DNA of 64,000 nucleotides from Pelagibacteraceae bacterium AG-439-F23 (GTDB lineage Bacteria; Pseudomonadota; Alphaproteobacteria; Pelagibacterales; Pelagibacteraceae). This document shows positions 33,986-42,900 of this stretch, piece by piece. The stretch lies in the NCBI GenBank assembly GCA_003212415.1, contig QCPT01000003.1, forward strand, positions 3,085-67,084, written 5' to 3'. The notes under the pieces are model-generated. The model did no database searches, was not told the origin of the DNA, and worked only from the letters and a program-made list of their open reading frames with translations. The position numbers and the translations under genes were made by a program. Positions within the stretch are counted from its first letter, which is position 1. Each line of letters opens with the position of its first letter.

Positions 33986-35108
33986 AGAAAAAAATTGGAA
34001 AAATTTTAAGATTACTCTACCACACCGTAAACCTCCTTATTCAAAAAGAAATTGGGGAAATGGTTTACATTCACTTTGTTCTTATCAGGGTAAGATGAAA
34101 CCATCACTTGTACATCATTTAATAAATGTTTTTTCTAATAAAAACCAACTTGTGCTAGATCCATTTGCAGGTTCAGGAACAACAATGTTTGAAGCATCTT
34201 TGCAAAATAGAAACTCTCTAGGTTTTGATATAAGTAAAATTGCAGTAGCAATCAGTCATGCCAAAATTAATAATTATAATTCAAAAAATATATTAAAGAT
34301 TTTAAATGAAGCACAAAATTATATTGATAAATCTAAGATTTCAGAAAAAACTTTAAAAGATTCTAAAGATGTTAAATTTAACAAAACTTTAAAAGAATAC
34401 TATCATCCTAAAACTTTTAAGGAAATTTTATCATTAAGAGATTTTTTTATAAAAAATTTTGATATTAAATCTGCAGATTGGTGCTTAGTGTTTTCTTGTA
34501 TGTTGCATATATTGCATGGGAATAGACCTTATGCTTTAAGTAGAAGAAGTCACCCACTAACTCCTTATGCGCCAACTGGAGAATTCCAATATAAAAACGT
34601 AATAGATAAGTTGAAAAGAAAAATAGACTTATCTTTAAGTCATAAAACTGATTTAAAAATTACTAGTGGAAAATGTTTTATTCAAGATATTTTAAAGAAA
34701 TGGAATATAAAAAGTAGTTCGGTAGATCTTATTTTAACATCCCCACCTTTTGCATTTAGTACTAAATTTTATATTAATAATTGGATTAGATATTGGTTTG
34801 GTGGTTGGGGTATAGAAAATTTTGATAAAGAAAGTTTTAATTATTTAGAAAAAAAACAAAAAAAAAACTTCAATGTTTATGATAATATTTTTAAAGAATC
34901 TGCCAGAGTTTTAAAGAAGAACTCATATATGGTTTTACACTTAGGTTTGAGTGATAAGTTAGATATGGGAAAGATATTACTACCGATTGCTGAAAAGTAT
35001 TTGAAAGTTTCAGATTTATTTAATGAAACAGTTGAGCATTGTGAAAAACATGGAATTAGAGACAAAGGTGGAACTAAAGAACATCAATATTTAGTTCTTA
35101 AATCTTAA
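33978..35108 (+). CDS. Amino-DNA methyltransferase 2 (EarI/SapI-type)
   Basis: LHSLCSYQGK, VLDPFAGSGTT, LTSPPF; overlaps MTase 1 by 8 bp. Confidence 0.9.
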   Translation: MDKEKNWKNFKITLPHRKPPYSKRNWGNGLHSLCSYQGKMKPSLVHHLINVFSNKNQLVLDPFAGSGTTMFEASLQNRNSLGFDISKIAVAISHAKINNYNSKNILKILNEAQNYIDKSKISEKTLKDSKDVKFNKTLKEYYHPKTFKEILSLRDFFIKNFDIKSADWCLVFSCMLHILHGNRPYALSRRSHPLTPYAPTGEFQYKNVIDKLKRKIDLSLSHKTDLKITSGKCFIQDILKKWNIKSSSVDLILTSPPFAFSTKFYINNWIRYWFGGWGIENFDKESFNYLEKKQKKNFNVYDNIFKESARVLKKNSYMVLHLGLSDKLDMGKILLPIAEKYLKVSDLFNETVEHCEKHGIRDKGGTKEHQYLVLKS

Positions 35109-36526
35109 TAAAAATTTTCTTTAAATTTTTCATGAAAAGAATATGTATTTTTCTTACTAGATGCTTGAACAACTTTATCTAGTGCAACGCAAATTAATTC
35201 TGCAGAATTTTTACCATCTTTCTGCTTTATAAGTTCTTGTTTAATCAAAAATTCTTTAAAGAACCAATTTTCAGATTCAATTAATTTTTCTAGTGCTTTT
35301 TCATTAGGTGAAGGATTGTTTAGTTCATCCTCAGTTAGACCTGTGATTTTAGAGAGTTTTTTAATTTCATTTGATGTGTAAAAATCTTTTGGAAACTTAG
35401 CACTTTTTTGCGAATTACAATTTCCACATAGTGCTGTTGCTGTTCCATCAACTTGCCATAAGTATGCAAGAGGTCGTGTGTGATCTAAATGCATTTTATT
35501 TTTTTTATTGGTTAAGGATAAAATTGTTTTACATTTAAAACATTTACCTTCAAATTTTTTAAAAATATCTTCAGTTAGTTCTTTGCCAGTTTTATGTCTA
35601 TAAGAGAGACTTGGAGAAATTTTATATAGGTGTGTAAGTAATAACTCAAAATTTCTTCTTCTTTGACTATCTTCTTTAAGTTGTGAACTAGTTCTTAAAG
35701 GATTTAATGCTGTATTAACTTCAAATCTTTTACAGACTCTGCATTCTAATTGAAAACCATATTTCAATTGTCTAGTTTTGCCACTTTCTAATTCTTGAAT
35801 GACTCCAAAAGAAGAATGAGTACACTGATCTTTTGACTCTCCACAATGATTTGAATATGCCAGTTGTTTTCTTTCATATTGTTCCAAATTTACGGGTAAA
35901 AACCTATTACACCTATTGCAATTTTTTAAAGAAATAGTTTTTGAAAATTTATTATCTAATTTTTTATTAAAAGTAATTTTACCTTTTGTTGAGATAAAAT
36001 TTATTTCAGGTGAAAATATATGTAAATTTGAATTTATTTTATTAAAAATTTGTTTTCTGATTTCTAAATCTTCAGATCTTTTTAACCAAAGTTCGTGATT
36101 TACATTAAGATATTTGTAGTTTACCAAACCGCAATCATAGTCATAAAAATAAATTGTATTACTTGTCTCTGTTTTAAATATTACCTCTATCAAATGACTT
36201 TGATCAGATTGCCAAATAGATCCAATTTTAGACCAACAATCTGGTCCATAATAATTTAATGTTTTTTTTGAAAAATCTTTATTGTTAACTTCTATCTCAA
36301 TTGGTTTAGATGGATTAAAATACAAACCATAACAAATCCAATTGTTTTGATTATTTTCAATTTCAAATTTTATATTTAGTGACTGTTTTTTCTTAATTTC
36401 TACACCATAACCTTTGTCAAATTTTAATTTAGTGCCATGAAATTGGTAATTTACATTAAAACCAGACTTTCTTGTTACAGTTCTTCTTCTTCCTGAAAAT
36501 TCTGTTTTGAAAGATTTTTTTACCAT
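35105..36526 (-). CDS. HNH restriction endonuclease, SapI/BspQI-like (start probably 36526)
   Basis: Four CxxC motifs (CNRC, CRVC, CFKC, CGNC); HLDHTRPLAYLW...ATALCGNCN...FPKDFY, recalled as close to the SapI C-terminal half; convergent with the MTases. Confidence 0.85.
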   Translation of the reverse strand: MVKKSFKTEFSGRRRTVTRKSGFNVNYQFHGTKLKFDKGYGVEIKKKQSLNIKFEIENNQNNWICYGLYFNPSKPIEIEVNNKDFSKKTLNYYGPDCWSKIGSIWQSDQSHLIEVIFKTETSNTIYFYDYDCGLVNYKYLNVNHELWLKRSEDLEIRKQIFNKINSNLHIFSPEINFISTKGKITFNKKLDNKFSKTISLKNCNRCNRFLPVNLEQYERKQLAYSNHCGESKDQCTHSSFGVIQELESGKTRQLKYGFQLECRVCKRFEVNTALNPLRTSSQLKEDSQRRRNFELLLTHLYKISPSLSYRHKTGKELTEDIFKKFEGKCFKCKTILSLTNKKNKMHLDHTRPLAYLWQVDGTATALCGNCNSQKSAKFPKDFYTSNEIKKLSKITGLTEDELNNPSPNEKALEKLIESENWFFKEFLIKQELIKQKDGKNSAELICVALDKVVQASSKKNTYSFHEKFKENFY

Positions 36527-36601
36527 CGCTAAACATAGCAAAAATTCTTATACTTTAAAAATTTTAAATATGTGCTTTTCTAAAGATTATAATCCAATAT
36601 A

Positions 36602-36937
36602 TTAAACTGCCTCATCCCAAAGTCCTTCGTCATATTTTATTTGCTTTTTTTTTAACAATTCAATTAAATAATCTTTCTTTGATTGTTTTTCTTTTGGTTC
36701 TATATTTTTTAAATAGAACAATAGTTGTTCAAAAGTAATTCCCTTTAAGTCTTCTTTTTTAATATTTACGTAGTCATCAAATTCTGCAAACATATTACTA
36801 TTCTTGGGATGTATTATATCTGAGTATTTAATCATTTCCCCATAATCAGTTAGTGCTGAATAGTATTTTGCTATTGGATTTTCATTTTTATCAAATACTT
36901 CGTATTTCCAACCTTTCGGCAGATTATATTTTTCCAT
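36602..36937 (-). CDS. Hypothetical protein (island orphan)
   Basis: 111-aa ATG ORF; no recognisable motif. Confidence 0.6.
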   Translation of the reverse strand: MEKYNLPKGWKYEVFDKNENPIAKYYSALTDYGEMIKYSDIIHPKNSNMFAEFDDYVNIKKEDLKGITFEQLLFYLKNIEPKEKQSKKDYLIELLKKKQIKYDEGLWDEAV

Positions 36938-37062
36938 AAATGTAAGTGAGTTTTTTATTTTTTAATAAGATTAACAATTAAATGTATAATATTTAAATAT
37001 GGTAAGATTATGTTTTAGATTGAATATATCTACGAATACTACCATCCACGATATTTGAGTAT

Positions 37063-37130
37063 TTACAATGAAGTCGAAAAACAAGGTTCATGTCAAAAAT
37101 GCTAAACTTACATTGAAGAATACATTGAAG
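37063..37130 (+). repeat. Three direct repeats (T/A)TACA(T/A)TGAAG (right end, arm-type-like sites)
   Basis: Copies at 37063-37073, 37108-37118 and 37120-37130. Confidence 0.85.
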
Positions 37131-37369
37131 TGTTTCAAAAAGTCTTTATTTTCTGTTAGTATTTAAATTATAGGGGGAAACAGAACGCCCCTTAAAAAGC
37201 TAAAAATAATCCTTTAAATATTATCGTTAATAAATTCTATAAGGGCTTTATACGGGATTTTAATAATCTCTAGCTTTAATATATGCTGTAATAATAGACT
37301 CTTTCAAATGTTTTAATTCAGTATTTTCACTTCTCAATTCAAATATTTTTGAATAATGGTATAAAGTTC

Positions 37370-37382
37370 GGGCACCTGGCAA
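37370..37382 (+). repeat. Second partial copy of the tmRNA 3' region
   Basis: GGGCACCTGGCAA identical to 32548-32560, with degenerate similarity on both flanks. Confidence 0.75.
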
Positions 37383-37395
37383 TATAAACTATTTT

Positions 37396-38277
37396 ATGAA
37401 TGAATATGAATTAAAAAAAATATTAGAAAAATTAAAAAAAAATATATTTGAAAGTAATAAAAATAAATCATCTCATTGGCTTAATCACTCAGAAAATATT
37501 GATGATATTTTAGATATCAGTAAAAATTATCATTTTGGATCATATGAGGAAAAATCGTACAAAGAATATTTATATTTTTTCTTAAGAAGAATGGTTTTTG
37601 GAAATAAGATTTTTAAAACTAAATTATACAAAAAACACAAAATAATTTTTGATGAAATGAATAGAATTATAGATGCTGATACTATCAGGCATATTTTTAC
37701 ATTCAATAGTATAAGTAAATATATCGAACCCAAATCAATTTGTATAATTGGAGATGGCAAGTTAAATGGAGTATTGTCTTCTCATTTGATGTTTCCAGAA
37801 GCAAAAATATATTCCATTAATCTTTCAGAAGTTCTAATGCATGATTTGGTAATTTTAAATAAAACTAATTTGAAAATTAAAAAAGAAGTTGCTTTAATTG
37901 AAAACGTTGACCAAGAAGATAATAACAAACTAAACTTAATTCCTTCTAATTTTAAAAACTTTTTATTAAATAAAAAAATAGATTTGTTTGTTAACATAGC
38001 TTCATTTCAAGAGATGAGAAAAAGTGAGATAGCTGATTACTTTAAAATAATTAAAAATAATCACGCCATCCTGTATTGCTGCAATAGAGATTATAAAAAA
38101 TTAGTGGGAGGTGAAGAAATATACTTTAACGAGTACCCATTTAATGATTCTGAAAGAATCTTTTGGGAAAGTTGCACATGGCACAAGAAATATTATAGTT
38201 TGAGATATCCATTTATAAGAAAATTTAAACCTGATATATTGCACTGTTTGGTGAAATTTTCTAATAAAACTAATTAA
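37396..38277 (+). CDS. Putative SAM-dependent (sugar O-) methyltransferase
   Basis: ICIIGDG motif-I-like; IDLFVNIASFQEM...YF pattern seen in putative sugar O-methyltransferases. Confidence 0.65.
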   Translation: MNEYELKKILEKLKKNIFESNKNKSSHWLNHSENIDDILDISKNYHFGSYEEKSYKEYLYFFLRRMVFGNKIFKTKLYKKHKIIFDEMNRIIDADTIRHIFTFNSISKYIEPKSICIIGDGKLNGVLSSHLMFPEAKIYSINLSEVLMHDLVILNKTNLKIKKEVALIENVDQEDNNKLNLIPSNFKNFLLNKKIDLFVNIASFQEMRKSEIADYFKIIKNNHAILYCCNRDYKKLVGGEEIYFNEYPFNDSERIFWESCTWHKKYYSLRYPFIRKFKPDILHCLVKFSNKTN

Positions 38278-38403
38278 ATTTAAATATTCTTAAAAATTTT
38301 CCAGTAAATGTAAAGCATTGTTTGATAGATTTTTCTGAATGATCGACATTTATGCGTCAGATTAAATGAATGACAAGTCTAATTCAAATTGATAAGTTTT
38401 ATT

Positions 38404-39393
38404 ATGGAATTTAATGCTGAAGTAAAAAGAATTACTGATCCAATTTATCAAAAAGTCTCTAGAACTATTCCTGAAATTGAATGGTCAACTCATGCTCCTT
38501 ACATTTATAAAATAAATAAATTAAAAAAAGAAAAGAATGCAGTAATTCTTGCTCACAATTATCAAACTCCTGAAATATATCATGGCATTTCAGATTTTTC
38601 AGCGGACTCTCTGGCTTTAGCAGTTGAGGCTGCAAAAACTAAGGCCGATATAATTGTTATGTGTGGAGTACATTTTATGGCAGAAACAGCAAAACTTATG
38701 AGTCCTGAAAAAAAAGTTTTACTACCTGACATGAATGCTGGCTGTTCTTTATCAGCATCAATTACAGGGGAAGATGTAAGAAATTTAAAAAAGAAATATC
38801 CAGGAGTTCCTGTGGTTTCTTATGTTAATACATCTGCAGATGTAAAAGCGGAAACAGATGTATGCTGTACATCAGCTAATGCAGTAAAAATTGTAAAATC
38901 TCTAGGTGTAAAAAAAGTTATATTTTTGCCTGATGATTTTTTAGCAAAATATGTAGCATCACAAACAGATGTGGAAATTATTTCGTGGAAAGGAACATGT
39001 GAAGTTCACGAGCAATTTAAAGATGAAGAAATTAATGAAATTAGAAAAAATAATCCAGGTATAAAGATAATCGCTCACCCTGAATGTCCGCCAGATGTTA
39101 TAAAGGCTAGCGATTTTGCAGGTTCGACAAGTGGGATGATTAAATATGTAAGAGATAATCAACCAAAAAAAGTAATGATGGTAACAGAATGTTCAATGAG
39201 CGACAACGTTCAAATTGATAATCCACATGTAGAATTTATTCGTCCATGTAATTTGTGTCCTCACATGAAAAAAATTACACTACCAAAAATATTAGACTGT
39301 TTAGAGAATGAAACAAATGAATTAATAATGGATAAAGAAACAATAGAAAAAGCTAGAAAATCTGTAGAGAGAATGGCAGAGATAGGCAGATAA
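38404..39393 (+). CDS. nadA: Quinolinate synthase (start probably ATG 38404)
   Basis: ILAHNYQ, CGVHFMAETAK, AGCSL, AHPEC, CNLCPHMK. Confidence 0.96.
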   Translation: MEFNAEVKRITDPIYQKVSRTIPEIEWSTHAPYIYKINKLKKEKNAVILAHNYQTPEIYHGISDFSADSLALAVEAAKTKADIIVMCGVHFMAETAKLMSPEKKVLLPDMNAGCSLSASITGEDVRNLKKKYPGVPVVSYVNTSADVKAETDVCCTSANAVKIVKSLGVKKVIFLPDDFLAKYVASQTDVEIISWKGTCEVHEQFKDEEINEIRKNNPGIKIIAHPECPPDVIKASDFAGSTSGMIKYVRDNQPKKVMMVTECSMSDNVQIDNPHVEFIRPCNLCPHMKKITLPKILDCLENETNELIMDKETIEKARKSVERMAEIGR

Positions 39394-39398
39394 AATCT

Positions 39399-40235
39399 GT
39401 GTCAAAAATCAAATTAAGTAAAAATTTTGTTAAAGGTTTATGTAAATTAGCATTAAATGAAGATCTTTTTCCATCAGGCGATATAACATCAAATTTATTA
39501 GATAATAATTCTTCTAAAAAATTTAAATTAATAAGTAACCAAAGAGGAATAATAGGAGGCTTATCTTTTGCTAAACAAACTTTTAATTTATTGGATAAAA
39601 GAATTAAATTTATTGCAAAAAAGAAAGAAGGATCTTTAGTATACAAAGGTTCAGTAGTTGCAATAATAGAGGGTAAAATTAAGAATATTCTAATAGGTGA
39701 AAGAGTGGCACTTAATTTTCTTTCTCATATTTCAGGAATTGCAACAAAAACAAATGAATTTGTAAAAAAAGTTGGAAAAAAAACAAAAATTTGTTGTACA
39801 AGAAAAACTATTCCAAATCTAAGAGTAATTCAAAAATATGCAGTGAAATTAGGCGGGGGAATAAATCATAGATTTAATTTAAGTGATGAATTTCTAATTA
39901 AAGATAATCACATTGCTTCATCAAAAAAATTTGAAGAGATTGTCAAAAAAGCAATTAGATCAAAAAAAGGAAGAAAGATTACTGTTGAGGTTGATAATTT
40001 AAAGCAATTTAAAAAAATTAAAGGTTTAAAATTTGACAGAATTTTATTTGACAATATGAGTCCAAAAAATCTTGAAGCAGCCGTTAAACTAGCAAAAAAG
40101 TTCTACGAAACTGAAGCTTCAGGTGGAGTTACTTTAAAAAATGTAAAAAAAATTGCTGAAACTGGTGTAAACAGAATATCTATTGGTGCATTAACACACA
40201 ATATTAATTCATTAGATTTAAAGTTGGAGATTTAA
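39399..40235 (+). CDS. nadC: Quinolinate phosphoribosyltransferase
   Basis: GDITS, ERVALNFL, TRKT, HRFNLSD, IKDNH, EASGG. Confidence 0.95.
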   Translation: MSKIKLSKNFVKGLCKLALNEDLFPSGDITSNLLDNNSSKKFKLISNQRGIIGGLSFAKQTFNLLDKRIKFIAKKKEGSLVYKGSVVAIIEGKIKNILIGERVALNFLSHISGIATKTNEFVKKVGKKTKICCTRKTIPNLRVIQKYAVKLGGGINHRFNLSDEFLIKDNHIASSKKFEEIVKKAIRSKKGRKITVEVDNLKQFKKIKGLKFDRILFDNMSPKNLEAAVKLAKKFYETEASGGVTLKNVKKIAETGVNRISIGALTHNINSLDLKLEI

Positions 40236-40242
40236 TTGCTCT

Positions 40243-42900
40243 CTATTTTTTTAATTGAGCCTGTGCCGCAGCCAATCTAGCAATGGGCACTCTATAAGGA
40301 GAGCAAGAAACATAATCTAAACCGACTTTAGAACAAAATTCTATACTTTTTGGATCTCCCCCGTGTTCTCCACAAATTCCAAGTTTGATTTTTTTGTTTT
40401 GTTTTTTTCCTTTAGTTGATGCTATTTCAATTAAATCACTAACCCCATCATCAATAGAGATAAATGGGTCGACATCAAAAATTTTATTTTCTATATAATC
40501 ATTTAAAAACTTACCACTATCATCTCTGCTAATTCCAAATGTAGTTTGTGTCAGATCGTTAGTTCCAAAGCTAAAAAATTCGGCATGCTTTGCTATATCA
40601 TTTGCTTTAATTGCTGCCCTAGGAAGTTCTATCATGGTACCAACTAGAAATTTAATTTTAATTTTATTTTCATTTTGTACTGCTCTTGCAACTTTTATTA
40701 CTAAGTCTTTCATTATTTTTATTTCAATCTCGGTTGATACAAGCGGAATCATTATCTCAGGCATGGTTGATTTTATTTTTCTTTTTTTGCATTCTACTAA
40801 TGCCTCAAATATAGCTCTTGTTTGCATTTCATAAATTTCAGGAAAAGAAATACCTAATCTACAGCCTCTATGGCCTAACATCGGATTTTGTTCTTGCAGT
40901 TCATCAATTCTTGCTTCGACTTCATTAATTGATACATTTAAAGATTTTGAAACATCAGAAATCTCTTTAGCACTTTTAGGTAAAAATTCATGCAAAGGAG
41001 GATCTAAAAGTCTAACAGTAACCGGAAGTCCATTCATAATTTTAAATATTTCGATAAAATCTTTTTTTTGATACGGTAGTAATTTGCTTAAAGCACTTGC
41101 TCGATCTTCTTTTGATTTTGAAAGTATCATTTCTCTAACAGATAAAATCCTTTCTTCGTCAAAGAACATATGTTCAGTTCTGCATAAACCAATTCCTTCG
41201 GCTCCAAAATCTCTGGCTATTTTGCTATCTAAAGGCGTTTCAGAATTTGTTCTGACTTTTAATTTTCTAAAATTATCTGCCCAACTCATTAATTTGGAAA
41301 AATCACTTGAAATGTCAGGTTTAACTGTTTTTACTTCTCCTAAAATAATTCTACCTGTTGAACCGTCAATGGTTATTAAATCTCCTTCTTTAATTTCATG
41401 GCCGTTTGTCTTAAATAAATTTTTTTCATAATCAATTTCTATTTCGCTTGAACCTGAAACGCATGGGCGACCCATTCCTCTTGCAACTACTGCAGCGTGA
41501 CTTGTCATTCCTCCTCTGGCAGTCAATATTCCTCTAGCAGCATGCATACCATGAATATCTTCAGGGGATGTTTCAATTCTAACTAATATTGTATTTTGCC
41601 TCATTTCATTAATTCTTTCAGCTTCATCTGAAGAAAAAACAACTTTTCCGCTCGCTGCACCTGGAGATGCTGGCAATCCTTTTGCAATTACTTCTATTTT
41701 ACTTTTTTCATCTAGAGTTGGGTGAAGCAAAGTGTCTAGAGAATTTGGTTCAATTCTTAAAACTGCATCTTTTTTTGAAATTAATTTTTCTTTAACCATA
41801 TCTGTTGCTATTTTTACTGCAGATTTTGCTGTTCTTTTTCCTGATCTTGTTTGCAACATCCATAGTTTTTTATTCTCTACTGTAAATTCAACGTCTTGCA
41901 TATCTTTATAATGTTTCTCTAATTTCAATAATATTTTTTTTAGCTGTCTGTAAATTAAAGGCATAGACTCTTCCATTGAATGAAATTTTTCCTTTGATTT
42001 TATTCTAGCTTTTTTGGTTATGTGCTGTGGAGTTCTTGTACCGGCAACGACATCTTCTCCTTGAGCATTAATCAAGTATTCACCATATATTTCATTGCTT
42101 CCATCTGATGGGTTTCTTGTAAAAACTACACCAGTTGCGCAATTATCTCCCATATTTCCAAACACCATTGACTGGACATTTACTGCTGTGCCCCAGTTTG
42201 ATGGAATTTGATTTAGTTTTCTATAAATTTTTGATCTATGACTTTCCCATGATAAAAACACTGCGCTAATCGCGCCTACAAGTTGTTGATTTACATCCTG
42301 TGGAAAATCTTTTTTTGTTTTTTCTTTAACAATATTTTTAAAATCCTTAATTAAACCATCCCAATCTTTATCATCAAGATCAGTATCCAGCAAAACACCT
42401 TTGGTTAATTTATAATTTTCAATTAATTCCTCAAAATTATAATTTTCTATACCTAAAACAACATTTGAGTACATTTGAATAAATCTCCTGTAGCTATCTT
42501 TTGCAAATATCATATTTGATGTTTTTTTAGCAAGAGCTAGTACTGTTTTGTCGTTAAGACCAAGATTTAAGATAGTATCCATCATTCCGGGCATTGAAAC
42601 TCTTGCTCCAGATCTTACTGAAACTAATAAAGGATTTTTTAAATCACCAAATTTTTTTTCTGAGCTTTTTTCAATATTTTTTAATTCTTTATTTATCTCT
42701 TTAATAATTTTTAAATTTAATTTTTTATTGCTTTTATAAAATAATTCACATACTTCAGTTGAAATCGTAAAACCTGGTGGAACAGGCAAACCAAGTTTGC
42801 ACATTTCTGCTAAATTAGAACCTTTCCCTCCTAATATATTTTTGGAATTTATTAATTTTGCAGAATCTTTAGATTTAAAGTTAAAAACAAGTTTTTTCAT
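40243..42900 (-). CDS. ppdK: Pyruvate, phosphate dikinase
   Basis: LGGKG, SMPGMMDT, GGMTSHAAVVARG, GIGLCRTEHMF, FSFGTNDLTQ. Confidence 0.97.
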   Translation of the reverse strand: MKKLVFNFKSKDSAKLINSKNILGGKGSNLAEMCKLGLPVPPGFTISTEVCELFYKSNKKLNLKIIKEINKELKNIEKSSEKKFGDLKNPLLVSVRSGARVSMPGMMDTILNLGLNDKTVLALAKKTSNMIFAKDSYRRFIQMYSNVVLGIENYNFEELIENYKLTKGVLLDTDLDDKDWDGLIKDFKNIVKEKTKKDFPQDVNQQLVGAISAVFLSWESHRSKIYRKLNQIPSNWGTAVNVQSMVFGNMGDNCATGVVFTRNPSDGSNEIYGEYLINAQGEDVVAGTRTPQHITKKARIKSKEKFHSMEESMPLIYRQLKKILLKLEKHYKDMQDVEFTVENKKLWMLQTRSGKRTAKSAVKIATDMVKEKLISKKDAVLRIEPNSLDTLLHPTLDEKSKIEVIAKGLPASPGAASGKVVFSSDEAERINEMRQNTILVRIETSPEDIHGMHAARGILTARGGMTSHAAVVARGMGRPCVSGSSEIEIDYEKNLFKTNGHEIKEGDLITIDGSTGRIILGEVKTVKPDISSDFSKLMSWADNFRKLKVRTNSETPLDSKIARDFGAEGIGLCRTEHMFFDEERILSVREMILSKSKEDRASALSKLLPYQKKDFIEIFKIMNGLPVTVRLLDPPLHEFLPKSAKEISDVSKSLNVSINEVEARIDELQEQNPMLGHRGCRLGISFPEIYEMQTRAIFEALVECKKRKIKSTMPEIMIPLVSTEIEIKIMKDLVIKVARAVQNENKIKIKFLVGTMIELPRAAIKANDIAKHAEFFSFGTNDLTQTTFGISRDDSGKFLNDYIENKIFDVDPFISIDDGVSDLIEIASTKGKKQNKKIKLGICGEHGGDPKSIEFCSKVGLDYVSCSPYRVPIARLAAAQAQLKK

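Larger units (their letters stand above)
32559..37193. mobile_element. tmRNA-integrated genomic island lacking an integrase gene
   Basis: Direct repeat AACAGAACGCCCCTT at 32559-32573 and 37179-37193; non-housekeeping cargo; internal terminal repeats. Confidence 0.85.

Noticed and set aside
32574-37178. Apparent absence of CTCTTC/GAAGAG within the R-M island
   Set aside because: Scanned by eye only, and roughly one site would be expected by chance at this length and composition, so absence is uninformative.
37262-37382. Minus-strand TTG-start ORF of about 40 aa (…FELRSENTELKHLKESIITAYIKARDY)
   Set aside because: Weak start, no SD, no recognisable motif; may be a decayed fragment but cannot be supported.
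38278-38403. nadA leader as an NAD riboswitch or NadQ/NrtR operator
   Set aside because: Only short imperfect inverted repeats (TCTGA/TCAGA, CATTTA/TAAATG); no convincing match to the motifs as I know them.
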